A stretch of 64,000 nucleotides of DNA, from positions 1 to 64,000 of the forward strand of contig CDMY01000253.1 of NCBI GenBank assembly GCA_001179505.1, given 5' to 3'. The notes under the pieces are model-generated. The model worked only from the letters and a program-made list of their open reading frames with translations. It was not told the origin of the DNA and did no database searches. Position numbers and translations under genes: made by a program. The DNA comes from Vitrella brassicaformis CCMP3155 (Eukaryota > Protista > Chromerida). The stretch's first letter is position 1. Every line of letters starts with the position of its first letter. This document shows positions 27,101 to 38,849 of this stretch, piece after piece.

Positions 27101-27640
27101 TGAGTGCGTCCTTGGTTTGTGTGGTGTGACTGCAGCCAAGGCCAAGCAGAAGGCGGACCCCCCCAAGGGCAAGGCCAAGCCCAAGCCAAAGCCGAAAGCC
27201 AAGAAACCGCAACGTAAGCGAGGGCGGGCGGGAGGGAGGGGGAACAGGACAGACAGACAGACAGACAGACAGACAAGGAGAGAGAGGGGGGGTTTGTGAG
27301 TGGGTGCGGTCACCATTGTGCTGTGCTGTGTTGTGTGTTCTGTCATGCAGGCAAGAAGGGTGCCGCCACCTCTGCTGCTGCTGCTGCCGCCGCCAAACCA
27401 CTCGCCGCACACGAGGCCAAGAAGATCACACGTAAGAGACACACAACCACCACCACCACGACCACCGCCACGACAACGCAGCAACCATTACCTCGTCTCG
27501 CCTCTTGCCGTGTGTCTATCTCGTGATATGTTTGGCGTGCAGGCGAGGCAGACAAGCCGCGCTACCAACCCCGCAGCCGCAATGCTTGCAAGGCCAACCC
27601 CGAGGACAACCACCGGAAGAAACGCAAGCGGCCTGACTGA
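21131..27640 (+). CDS. Large chromatin protein with PZP (PHD-Zn knuckle-extended PHD) module, BRPF/JADE/AF10-like, and Lys/Ala/Pro-rich C-terminal tail; apparent frameshift at ~26365 and two gaps
   Basis: PHD: FCS|VCFGAGGDSLNEIKECQRCFVTVHKNCYA...WYCDRC. ePHD: CAICGWPGGALKKTTDNRWVHVTCAVW...CCICNRSGG|...PC...CDKSFHPMCA...YCPEH. The tail exons contain KAKPKAK repeats, and the last exon ends RKKRKRPD* at 27640. Confidence 0.85.
21837..22136. other. Assembly gap (300 N) inside a poly-G tract
   Basis: Run of N flanked by G runs on both sides. Confidence 0.99.
23706..24005. other. Assembly gap (300 N), probably spurious
   Basis: The same 15-mer, aaagcaacaagcccc, lies immediately before and immediately after the Ns. 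Confidence 0.97.
26242..26441 (+). repeat. Coding minisatellite, 57-bp unit (DAAEDEQPPAPPVEEALPx), about 3.5 copies
   Basis: Units start at 26242, 26299, 26356 and 26399. The third unit is 43 bp because it lacks gaggacgagcagcc. Confidence 0.92.
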
Positions 27641-28329
27641 CCGACCGGCCGACCATGGATGCGGTGCAGGGCGGTGCGGCTGCGGCGGGTGCGTGAGTGA
27701 GGTGTGCGTGAGTGGCTTGTCCGTCGTGTGCTGATGGGGTGGGGGCGTCGTGGTGGTGGACGGATGTAGCAATCTGATAGCTGGGAGGCCACACAGACAG
27801 ACAAGACAGACAAGACAGACAGACGACAGACACGCCACGGCACGCCTAGAGAGCTGCCCAGTGGTCGGTCGGTCGGTCCGTCAGTCGGTCGGCTGATTCC
27901 TTCCTTGGTTGGTCGAGCTGCCTGCCTGCCTGCCGTTATGGGTGGGATGCGTTCATGGGTGCATGGTATGGTGGGTGTCTCGTCTCTCTCGTGCGTCGGT
28001 GCATGGTGGGCGTACCTTACTTACCTGCTGCAGACATGGATGGCGTGGAGTGGAGGGGGAGAGCCAGTGAGTGACACACCGGATGATTGGCTGAAAGACT
28101 GACGGACTGGCTGCTGGCTGGCCACTGGGCGGACTGACTGGCTGGGCGGGTTGGTGTGGTGTTTGATGACGTGTGCCCTGTCGTGTCGTGAGTGACGTGG
28201 ACTAAGTGGCCTGGCCGACCCCCAACCCCCATCACCCCCATCCCCCCCAGCCCCCTCTCTCTCTGTGGCTCTACTCTCCCTCCCTCACACACACATACAC
28301 ACATACACACATATACACATAGCCCATAT

Positions 28330-28610
28330 ATTCGTGACTGCGTGTGCATGGAGAGAGGGGAGGGGCAGGGGCAGGGGCAGGGTGGGCGTAGCTGCCCATC
28401 CATCTGTCTGATTTTTTAAAGCCGGGAGGGAGGGAGGGGGGGAGGGAGGGAGAGGGCACATTCGCACAATGCCATCTTCGTGACTTCGTGTGCATGGAGG
28501 GAGGGGAGGGGCAGGGGCAGGGGGGAAAGGGGCGTTGCGTGCCAATCGATCTGTCTGATTTTCTTAAGCCGGGAGGGAGGGAGGGAGGGAGGGGGGGAGG
28601 AGAGGGCATT
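28330..28610. repeat. Imperfect tandem duplication (~145-bp unit, 2 copies), G-run rich
   Basis: cgtgact(g/t)cgtgtgcatggag...ggggaggggcaggggcaggg...atctgtctgatttt...aagccgggagggagggaggg...gagagggca occurs at ~28333-28458 and ~28478-28608. Confidence 0.85.
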
Positions 28611-28964
28611 TCGTTTTTCCACATACGCATGCACTCCCATACACCCATAGACACATGCATACGCGTGGTTGGTTGAGCAGTTTGGAATTATTGCGGGAGT
28701 GCTGGCGGGGCGGGGAATCGGATTGGATCGGATAGCCTGACTTGACGGGCTGCATCCCTCCATCCAGTGACTCATTCACTCACTCATCAACAAACGATTT
28801 CACACGGACTGAGTCGTGGTGCCCTGCGGGGCGGGGCGGGGCGGTCGTGCAGACAGACAGACAGACAGACAGGCAACCTGAGAGGGAGAGAGGGAGGAAG
28901 AGGGAGTGACCTGTGCTGACCTGTCCACACACACACACACACACACGCTCACTGCACACCCACA

Positions 28965-29906
28965 GACCTGACATCCACCTCCTCAATCTGAGTGCATTCA
29001 TTGATGTCTATGCGGTGTGTGTGTGTGTGTGTGTCCCAGAGTCGTCGACCGTCTCGCTGGCCATCGTGCGGCACTTCATGACGGCCATGGACCAGCATGA
29101 CAGGTGCGTGAGAGGGTGGGCTGCACACAGAGAGAGAAAGGAGTCAAGACAGGGGTCATTCTTGTATTGGTGTCTGTGTGGTGTGTTGCAGGCCTCTGCT
29201 TCGGCCCTTCTACGGCAACAGACAGTGCCAGCGAATTTGCGAGAAGGCCGAAGCGGTAAGTAACCACTCCTTGAAGAGCAGGCACCAACACAGCCACGTC
29301 AATCACATCCACACAGACCGGCAGATTATATCTCTTTGTCTGTCTGTCTGTGTCGTGATCTATAACGGCCTTCAGTGTGAATTCACGGAGCTGCGTCGGC
29401 TGCAGGACCACCTCGAGCAGGCCGTCACACGCCTCTCACATAGTGACGCCGCCATCGACCCCGCAGACATCGCCCTGATTCGCCACGCCATCCACCAGAC
29501 CGGCCAGCTCAACGTGCAGCAGGTCCTCGAGGGCACACACCCCTTCACACACGCCCGCGGCGAGAGGGTGGTGCTGGTGGTGGAAGTCGGGGTGAGGGTG
29601 GTGAGGACGTCAGCAGCAGTGAGAGCATCGTTGCTCGGGTGTACGAGGCGGCCGCGCGCATACCCACCGAGAGGCTCCCGTCATTGGTACGACTTTTCTG
29701 TGTCTGCACCCCTGGATGTGCTGTTACTTGGTGTGTGTGTGCGTGACCACGTCTGTCTGTTCTCCCTCTCTGTCTCTCTGCGTGTGCGGAGACGGCAGGA
29801 GAGGGAGAGGAAGAGCCAGAGGGGCCGTGATCGAGACCGTGAGCGGGACGAGCGAGATGACACCGATGAGATGCAGCAGCAGGGGGAGGATTATGAGCTG
29901 GGATAA
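28965..29906 (+). CDS. Hypothetical protein (multi-exon, boundaries uncertain)
   Basis: Exons with coding-like codon usage and canonical splice sites: SSTVSLAIVRHFMTAMDQHDR|PLLRPFYGNRQCQRICEKAEA|CEFTELRRLQDHLEQAVTRLSHSDAAIDPADIALIRHAIHQTGQLNVQQVLEG. No family was recognised. Confidence 0.45.
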
Positions 29907-32452
29907 GTCGGCGTGATAGCGGGTGAGTGCGGCTGCGGGTGGGTGCTTGCAGTGAGTGCATGGTGCCTTCTTTGACGGCCTTATGTCGTGCCACTATTGG
30001 CGTGGTGGGCCTGGATGAGTAAGTACGTTGCAGAGAGACAGAGACACACACACAGAGAGAGAGAGAGCGAGAGAGAGAGAGAGAGAAACGGGTGGGTGGA
30101 GTATTTGTGTGGGAATTGCATATGAGCTGGCTGCTCTCTTGACGCGTTGGTCAGCGGACTGACTGCGCACACACGTCCCGGACGCTTTTCCTTCCGGTCA
30201 GTCTGTGTCTGTCTGTCTGTCTGTCTGCCTGGGAGTGCGCCAGTGAATTGAGTCAGGCGAGTACGGACGGGCAAGCTGGCTGTCGGTGTATTCCCACTGA
30301 CTCAGTCAGTAGCCCTCTCCCTCTTTGTCCGTTTTGGGATGATGATTGATTGACTGACGGCTATTGTTCCTGTTTTGCCGTTATCTGTTTCCTGCCTGCC
30401 TGCCTGTCTGCATACGTGTGTCTGTGTGTGTGCGAGGGAGGGGTAGAGAGAACAGGTTTGAAGAGTTTTGAAGGGTGTGCGCAACGCAACGTGTGAGTGC
30501 GGATCGGTCAGTCAAAGGAATACACACCACACCAAAGCGAAGGGGGCTGTCATTTCATTGGCGCGCCAAGGATGGCGGCCGCTACCTAGCTGACTGACTG
30601 GCTTGATAATGAGTACAGGACTTACCTTAAGACTCACTTGCTGACCGGCAGACAGGCAGACAGAGAGTGAGGGAGGAAGGTTCCCAGGCAGGCCATGTGC
30701 GTGTGCGTGTGCGTGGTGTGGGCAGCATGGCTGTGTCGGTGTGCACACGCAGAAAGAACCACGACAGACAGACAGACAGACAGACCAGTCAGCCAGCTCA
30801 GCCCAACCTGACCTGACACAAACGTGGATGTGATGTGTGTACTTACTTGTGTGTGGGTGGGGGGATGGCCGTCCCGTCCCGTCGGGGGCACTCGACAGCC
30901 TTCATGAGACAGAGGTCAGCAGACACACACAGATTGGGAGAGAGGGAGGGAATGCACTCACTGGCAAAGGAATGAACCAGGACTGTTGTGTGTTGCGCTG
31001 TGTTGGTTCATATCAGAAACCCGGCAGGCCCGTCTGGCGGCTTCTGATACATCGGCGGCACTGCGAGTCAATGAGAGTCGGCGCCATAGAGATGGCAGGC
31101 CGCCCACTGATCGGCAGCAAATGGTAACTATACACAGAGACGACGGCCAGCGCATTAGAGATGCACTGAAGTCGCTGCGTGTGGGTGTGGTGTGGCCGTC
31201 AGGTGTGATTGACGTCACGACGTGATGCCCTCCCTTCTGAGGGACATCAGGTGCCGCCCGAGTGCAGTACGCCACCCCACCCACCCACATAAAAGGCTGC
31301 ATGAATGGCACTTGGTGTGTGTAGTTGTGGCGAGTGGTGCTCGTCGGCCACCTGACAAAGGGCACGGCGACCTGAGAATGAAACCCGTCGAATCAAATGG
31401 CGGTAAGCCAATTCAATTACACACACACACACGAGGAGAGAGGCGATGCGGCCGAGTAGCTACCTCACGGACCTGGCTGTCGGTTCCCGTCTGTGTCTGT
31501 GTGTGTGCATCGGATCGGACGAGTGTGAGGGCCGCCGAGGGCAATGGGATCATCGCCAGGGCTCATCGGATTGACAGGATGGATGACCACAGACACGACA
31601 CACAGAGAGAGGCCTGCACCGTGGACACTCTTGTATACACGTGAGTGTCTGTGTCTGTGTGTGTGTATGCAGGTGCCTCGGCGCTTTCACTCAAGGATTA
31701 TCTATCGCGTGCACAAGAGCGGCGCATGGCACGGTGACTCACTTGATTCGATCGATATGCGGATGCCGCCGCGCCGTCTTGTTCTTGTGTGGTGAGCGAG
31801 TGCGGCAGTCTTGCCGTTTTCTGGTCGTTTGGATGAATTTTCCTAACCGGCTGGAGCAACCCTTAGCAGTAGATAGATTGACGTACGTACGTACGTCCAC
31901 ATACACCAAAGTGTTTGTCTGCCTGCACGTGTGGCTGGCGTGCCAGAAGGCATCGATCGGTCACGGTCTGTCTGTACAAACAAGATTGCAGGCAGGATGG
32001 GCCACGCAATCAATACGATAGATACCTGAAGGATGCTGTCTGTACACGCGACAGCAGACCGACTGGCTGACAGCACGACTACGCAAAGCATACACACATA
32101 TTGACAGACAGACACTGCGCGAATGAATGCCGCTCACCCCACGACGCGCTACTTACTTATCGCTGCGCTACGCTACGCTACGCTACGCTACGTCCCTTAA
32201 ACTCCCGCCAACACACATACACTGCCTGCCCAAGCAGCGCCATCCCAGCTAGCTGGATAGAAGGAGCGGCTTCACGGTAATGAAGCAGACACACCACGAC
32301 ACTTCCTTCGTGCACTTCACTCCACCCACCCACGATCAGCATTAGATACCAGAAAACAGCGCAATCAAGACGACATATCTGCACTCTTCACCAGCTGGGC
32401 AGAACAACCACAGGGCACACAAGTCAGTCAGTCATTGCGTCGATCAGCCAGG

Positions 32453-35308
32453 TCAGTGTGGCAGGGGTGCGGCCTTGGCGAGGGAGGTGATGTAAAGCCA
32501 CGCAAAACCCAAGACACGACGCCACTCCGCCCTGCTGTAGTGCTCACTCATCACCTCGCCACCAGAGGCCTGCATATCACCCACACGCAGCCAGAGAGAG
32601 GCACTGACAGTGCTTCTGGATGCCGGGCGGGGTGTGCGCACCGCACCTGGGTCATGGCGAAGTCAGCGTTAGGACAAAACGCGCCATGGAGGCCGTGGGG
32701 GACGAACGAGGGCAGCGGCAGCCGCGCGATGGGGCCACTCGAGGTGAACTGGGCATCGAACAACACCACCTGGACACACAGACACGGATCCGTGAGGTCA
32801 ATCAAACGGGAAAGCGCAGGTCAGGTATGGTCTATATCGTATCTCACCTCTGATGTCATGTTCTTGCCGTTGAAGAGCAGCGACAGCAGGTAGCCCTCAT
32901 CTTCTTCCTCGCCATGGCCATATCCACTACCTTGGCCCTGCTCCCTCCCACCCCGTCCCCTCTCCACCAGCCGTCTGTGTGTCAGTGTGGGGACAGCCGG
33001 CGACACAGAGGCAGAGTAGAACAGCCCCGACGATCGCCGCCCATTCCTCCTCGCCCCCGCCTTGAGTAATGGCGGCTGCGTGGCGCTGGATGGAGGCGGG
33101 TCAGAAGAATGGTAGGGATGCGTCTCTCGCGGGCTAGTCTTTCTCGGTATGAAGCAAGGCTCGCCGCAGAACTCATGGGCATCGGGGAACCAGTAGGACG
33201 CTTCCTTGGTCTCCACATCGAGCTTGAGGATCCCCTGCAGCGGCGCACTCTCACTCGGGTCGCCCCCAGCCAGGCCGTAGACATACCGATATCTCTGCCC
33301 AACGTTGGCCGGATTGATGACGGGGAACTCGGTGAAGCGCTTCAGCAGGGGCCGCTTGTCGTATGCGAGCGGCCGGCCGCTGCCGCTCGTGGTGATGCGG
33401 TACCGGAAGAGCTCGATCTTGGGAATCTTCTTCTCGACTTGGTCGAAGAGCCAGATAGGGGTGTGTTTGGGGATGGGGTGCGGGTTGCTGGCCGTCCGGA
33501 GGGTCAGGTCGAAGGTGTAGCGCTCAGAGCGGTCGATATCGATCACCAGGTTACCTGATGAAACACGGAATGACGCACACGGGTGCGCGTGCGGGGATCG
33601 TGTCGCGTCGTGTCGTGTCGTGTTGTGTGGCTGACCATTCTCTTCCTCGTATGCGTTGGCAAAGTGGAAAATGAAGAACGGGTCCAGGTCAACACACCTG
33701 ATGCCGTCAGCCCTTTCCCTCCTCTTGCCCTTGGCCATCCACACGCCCAGCGCCATCCACACACACGACGCCCACCCGAGCCACCTCCTGCCGCCTGTGG
33801 TGGTGTGCGGCTGCCGCTGCTGCTCCCTGTTTCTGGGCACGATGTAGAGGCGTGCCGGTCTGTCGGGATGGAATGAGAGTGCCTGTCCGATGCCGCACTT
33901 GCCGAGCAGCCAGGGGAGGGGGTGCAGCGACAACGGCGGCTGGATGAACAAATAGTAACTGACACACAGACAGAGAGAGAAGATTGGAACGTGTGATGTC
34001 GGTCGCTAGGTGTGTGTCATGTCATATATACTTGTCTGTGATTGCGAAGTCGTGCAGGAATGCCAGGCCGGGCATGCGGAAGGACCGCTGCTTCAGCAGC
34101 TTGAAGGACGGATCAAACTCCCACACAGACACCTGCATACAGGCAGCACAAGGCGCACACATTCTGGTGTGACCACGCCCCCCGGTACGGTCGGGTTACC
34201 TTTGAGCTGACAGGCCGTATCTGGCAGCCAAAGGCCACCAGACAATTGGTCTTGGGATCGATCTTGTAGTGTGCCGCCATCACCCCGCCCCTCTTGAGCA
34301 GACCGTTCAGGCTGCTTTCACGCAGAGTGGACAGAGAGATCGGGTCCAGCGCATAGGGGCGGCCCTGCTCCCTGCACACATGAATGAATGGATGGGTGCA
34401 CACGTGTGTGTCTGTAGGCTTATGTGGTGTGTATCGGCTGGCTTGGCGTGGTGGTGGGTACCAGAGTGCGAGCAGTTTTCTGTTCCACCAGAGGACGCCT
34501 GTATTGGCCACATTCTTGACGCGAAGATCGAGGAAACTCCGCAGCCAGCCGCCCCTCTTGGCCGTCCCAAACACACCCCTGCGTCACATCACACGCGGCC
34601 ATCCACGTAAACACACATAGGTTCCTTGTGTGTCTTGCGTGCTGCCGCACCTGAAGCAGATGCGCCCCTCCTTCTGCTCCTTGACATATCCTTTGGTCTT
34701 GACATACTGGCTGCGGAAGTAGGCCCGTCCGTTGCTGAAAGTGATGGCAGCCACCATCCCATCGCCATCGAAGGGATGCAGCACCAGATCCTCGCCTATT
34801 TGGAACTTGCCGTGCCCGTTACGAAAGTATGTGCCCTGACGAACGATTGCACACAAACACACACGCAAAGGCAGGCCATCCATCCATCGGCGATTGAATG
34901 TCGGTCGGCTGCTTGACCGTGTCAGTGTTGGCGTACCTTGATGTCAGCTGGGACAGTGCCATTTAGCTGACAGGGCGACACCTCCCGTGCATTCACAAAC
35001 CCACGACGATACGCATCCATGTCGTAGCGATAGATCTGCCCTCCTCCCTCGCCATCCTTGCTCCAAGACTGCCGCAGTCGCCGCAAGATGCCGACCGGCT
35101 GAGTGCTTGCAGCCACTGGCGGGCGGGAGATTGCGGTCGCTGACGCTCTCCAGAGCATGCTGTCGCCTTTCCGTCGCGTGTGCGAGCGGTGGCTGGCGCA
35201 TGGTGGGCGCACGAAGAGGGGACGGCGAAGAGGAGATGTGCTGACACATAGATGTATGTGGAGGCAGATGACGCATAGCAGGCATAGCAATGAAGCGCCC
35301 TCTTCCAT
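32453..35308 (-). CDS. Carotenoid cleavage oxygenase (CCD/ACO, RPE65 family), predicted plastid-targeted
   Basis: Motifs GTYFRNGHG, HPFDGDGMV and KNVANT; four Fe-ligand His contexts (AAHYK, FLHDF, IFHFANAYE, PHGLHG); also TEFPVIN, CGEPCFIP and EDEGYLL. The N-terminus MEEGASLLCLLCVICLHIHLCVSTSPLRRPLFVRPP is bipartite-leader-like. Confidence 0.93.
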
Positions 35309-35511
35309 TCTTCTTCAGTCTCAGAGAGAGAGAGAGAGAGTGGTTTCACGGAATGCCTAGCCTCTGCGAGCTGAGCGACCCGAAAGATTCCTCTGCGAGA
35401 TGAATGCAGTTGTGTTCGTTGTGTATGCAGTTACGCTGTTTTAACTCTCAGCTGAATCACACGCTGTTTTCTTCGTTGATCCATCTCTGTCGCCACCCGA
35501 GGGATCTCAGG

Positions 35512-36748
35512 ATGGCTGGCAAGAAGGGCTTCTTCGGCCCTTTGATTCGATGGCTGCTCAGCTGTTTCCGCGGTGTGGGTCGTGTCAAAGGCAAAGCACC
35601 CACGGCCCGCCTCATCACAGTGGGGAACAGCCACTTCTGCGAGAAGGCGAGGTGGGTGCTGGACATGAGCGGCACGCCTTACGTGGAGGACGCTCACATG
35701 CCCCTCATCCACTCGCACTTCACGGCCGAGGCCACACAAGGTGAGAAAGACAGACAAAGAGGGAGGCAAGGGCCGACATACACACATGTCGATGGATGCA
35801 GGTGGGTCGACGTCTGTGCCGGTGCTGGTCTTGGGTGAGGGGAAGGTCATTACGGACTCGTCTGAAATCGCTGACCACATTGCAGCCGCCCATCCGTCGC
35901 TGGAGCTCTACCCGCCCGAGCAGCGGGAGGCCATCAAGGCCTTCGAGGAGGCGTGCAACACCACAATGGCCGTGGCCATACGGCGCATGTTCTATGCTGG
36001 TCAGTCAGTCAGTCCGGAGAAGGCAGCGAAGGAGGGAATTATGTGAGGCTGATGCGTCCGTGTGTGCGTGTGTGTATGTGTGCAGTCTATTGTGACAACC
36101 TGTGGACCCAGTCGCTGCTGGCGCGGCTTTACTTCGGACAGAACAGCATCATCGAGAACATCCTCTTGCCCATCACCATGTTCTTCGTAAGCCGCGCCAC
36201 ATACAGCTGCTTGGCCGAATGAGCCGCCTCCGGTGTGTCGCTGCTGCATCAGTTCTCACGTCTGATCAAAAGGGGCGGGATGGTGGTGTCGCGTGTCGGC
36301 GAGTACCAGAGGGATATCGAACGAGTGCTGGATGACGTCGAACAGAGACTCAGGTACCGATCGAAGACGTCTAAGTGTTCACGTGTCGTATTGCGGGGTT
36401 GTGTTGCGCGGTAGTGATGGCCGTTCCTATCTGTTTGGTGAGAGGATGACGGCCGCCGATATCTGTTTCGCGTCCATGGCCGCATTGCTGGTGCGGCCGA
36501 CGGAGCTGCAGACCATCATCGGCACTGACGCGATCGTTCCCAGCACTTACAAGAAGCTGGTGAGACACATCCACGTATCATCCACCGTGTTTGCATCACT
36601 GCGTGTATGTCAGGTGGACCACTACCGGTCTCGAAGGGCGGGGCAGTTTATATTGCGGATGTACAGCGAGCACAGGCTGAGCGAAGGCGTCAAGGCGGCC
36701 CCGTTCAGACAAGATCCAGCCAACAAGATTCTCGGGCTGCGGTTCTGA
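35512..36748 (+). CDS. Glutathione S-transferase-like protein (thioredoxin-fold N domain + helical C domain)
   Basis: RLITVGNSHFCEKARWVLD...YVEDAHMP, SVPVLVLGEGKVITDSSEIADHI (cis-Pro and DS motifs), and DGRSYLFGERMTAADICFASM (GST-C N-capping box). Confidence 0.9.
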
Positions 36749-36844
36749 CTGACGTGCACGTAAATGGTGTGCGGGGGCGTGTAGAGAGTGAGGATGGATT
36801 CTAGCTGGCCAAGTGCCTTCATTTTGAGTTTGCCTTCAAACCAT

Positions 36845-36960
36845 GTATGTGTGTATGTATGTGGATTGAGTCGATCGTTGCCGGCCGGCGTGCGCATGTC
36901 TGTCTACGCAGCCAGCTGGGCCAATCGTCCCCGCCACGGAGATATGATCGGAAGGCTTCC
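36845..36960. repeat. ~110-bp dispersed direct repeat, copy 1
   Basis: gtatgtgg(a/c)ttgagtcgatcgttgccggccggc...gggccaatcgtcc...gccacggagatatgat(c/t)ggaaggcttcc matches 38356-38462. Confidence 0.92.
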
Positions 36961-37194
36961 GAACACCTCATTAAGCGAGTCCCTGACTTTTCATGGTTTC
37001 CTCATGCACGATGGGAATGGAAATCATCGTGCAAATTAACTGAATCTCAGTCAGTGGACATGGATATGAAATGTCCTCTTGGGCGTGAATGGCTGACAGA
37101 TAAAGTGTCTCATTTCGTGGCCGCGAGTCAACTGCTGGGCGGCTGCTTGTACTCTGCAAGCAGGGACAAGCATCATTGAACTATGGCTCCTCAT

Positions 37195-38055
37195 TCACCA
37201 AACAGACGTACTTTCATGGCCTGGGAAGTAGACATGACTGTAATCCCAAGATGCAAAGAAAGGTTCAGAACCTTGGGATTCGAAGGCCTCAAAGTTGTCC
37301 GTGACCGCAACCATCTGTACAAGGAGGCAGCAGACGTTGCTGTTGCACAGGCCTTCCCGTGTCATTTGCAAAGGCCTCACCGTGTCATTTGCCATGCAGT
37401 ACTTGCCCTCTCCAAACTCTCCTGTTGTCTTTGTTGTGCTGGCGCACTTCCCCGTATCCCCGTAGCACAGGCCTATGCCTGGATAGATAAAGCCTCGAAG
37501 CATTGGCTGCTGGATTGGCTCTGTCTGTGTAGACGTCTCATACCTGTCACATCCTTGGGACCTGTTTCCTCCTTCTTGGCCTCACCAAACCAGTGGCCGT
37601 ACGTCTTTGCATGTTTGAGTTTGACTTCCGTGACAACGCAGGTCTCTTTGCGACCGCACGCCGATCCTGGTTTCCGGGACCATCGATACCCGACCATGTA
37701 ATAGTCGGTTTCCCCCCAGACTGTTTCCCCCTGAACAGACACGAACGCGGCAGCCGCTGATTCGTCGGGTGTTCCTTCCCTTCTGACCTTCCGCCTGCGC
37801 GACGTCCCCACCTTGAACATAACTCTGCAGTCCTTTTCCCGCACTTTCTCTGTGGCGGACGTGAGCTGGTGTTGCAGCGGCAGGTGCGGCTGCAGCACGT
37901 TGTTGTTCAACTTGTAGGTTCCAGCTGCAATGTGGTTCGCTCAGACAAGGTAACATGCAGATCGACAGGATTCACGCACACGCAACTACGACTGGCATAC
38001 CTGCAGCAGGCAGGAGGAAGGAGGCGACGAAAAGCACAGCGCCAGCGGTCCCCAT
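37195..38055 (-). CDS. Secreted Cys-containing orphan protein (3-4 exons)
   Basis: Exon 1 (38055-38001), MGTAGAVLFVASFLLPAA, is signal-peptide-like. A phase-1 GT-AG intron leads to AGTYKLNNNVLQ...GETDYYMVGYRW...CVVTEVKLK...KDVT, and a second GT-AG intron to GIGLCYGDTGKC...KYCMANDT...SWDYSHVYFPGHE. Confidence 0.7.
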
Positions 38056-38355
38056 GGGTACTGGATGGACGGAATACGCTCTTCAGACGGTGTCCAAGCG
38101 AGGGACATTCACAGAGAGGAATGAAGCTCTGTCGTTTGCAAATTAAGCTTGCATGGAGTCTGCATGTAACCCCCATAGCCCTCAGATACAACAATATGGA
38201 ATGTCTCCACGTATGTCTCCATTTGGCATGGAAACACTTCTCTGCGAAATATAGAATGAAGGCAATAATCACACCACAGGCACGCCCGCAGGCACAAAGA
38301 CACCCACACACACACTCCCCTCCACCCACGCCCACACCACACACCCCCCACACAC

Positions 38356-38462
38356 TATGTGTGTATGTGGCTTGAGTCGATCGTTGCCGGCCGGCATGCG
38401 CATGTCTGTCTACGCAGCTGGGCCAATCGTCCTCGCCACGGAGATATGATTGGAAGGCTTCC
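38356..38462. repeat. ~110-bp dispersed direct repeat, copy 2
   Basis: Near-identical to 36845-36960. Confidence 0.92.
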
Positions 38463-38849
38463 ATTTGTCGCATCCATTTACCATGATCAAACTCACTCCC
38501 TTCTTTCTGTTTTACTTACCGATGACGGCAGGCGGTGGCTGGACCACCGCCGTGACGCCGCACCGATCGCAAAAATGTCGGCAGCGATTGACGACCTGCA
38601 CATTGGCAGACAGAGACACAGTGAGGGCGTGTGGCCGTGAGACATGATGTTACCAAAGGTTTTCTTACCCTCAGACATGATCTTGCCACACGCCGACACA
38701 CAGAAGAGCACTAACTTGTTGGTGTCTGCGTCTCCCTCAGCAGCAGGCCCGAAGGGAGCATGGCATCGAAACAAGAGATCCCGGGATATAAAATGTAGTC
38801 AGCGATCGATCTGTCGACCTGCACACCGGCTCTCCTCTCCCCCCCTTCC

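Noticed and set aside
30900-32100. Possible small gene from exon-like fragments
   Set aside because: I could not build a phase-consistent model or recognise any motif on either strand.
37473-37545. Apparent frameshift between ORFs 37473-37910 and 37195-37503
   Set aside because: Resolved by a canonical GTATGA...CCAG intron, so this is not a pseudogene lesion.
37560-37760. PD-(D/E)xK nuclease (Crinkler-type REase) reading of GETDY...VVTEVK in the secreted orphan
   Set aside because: Only a two-motif resemblance. After correct splicing the protein looks disulfide-rich and secreted, and the downstream helix motif is absent. HHpred would be needed to revive the idea.
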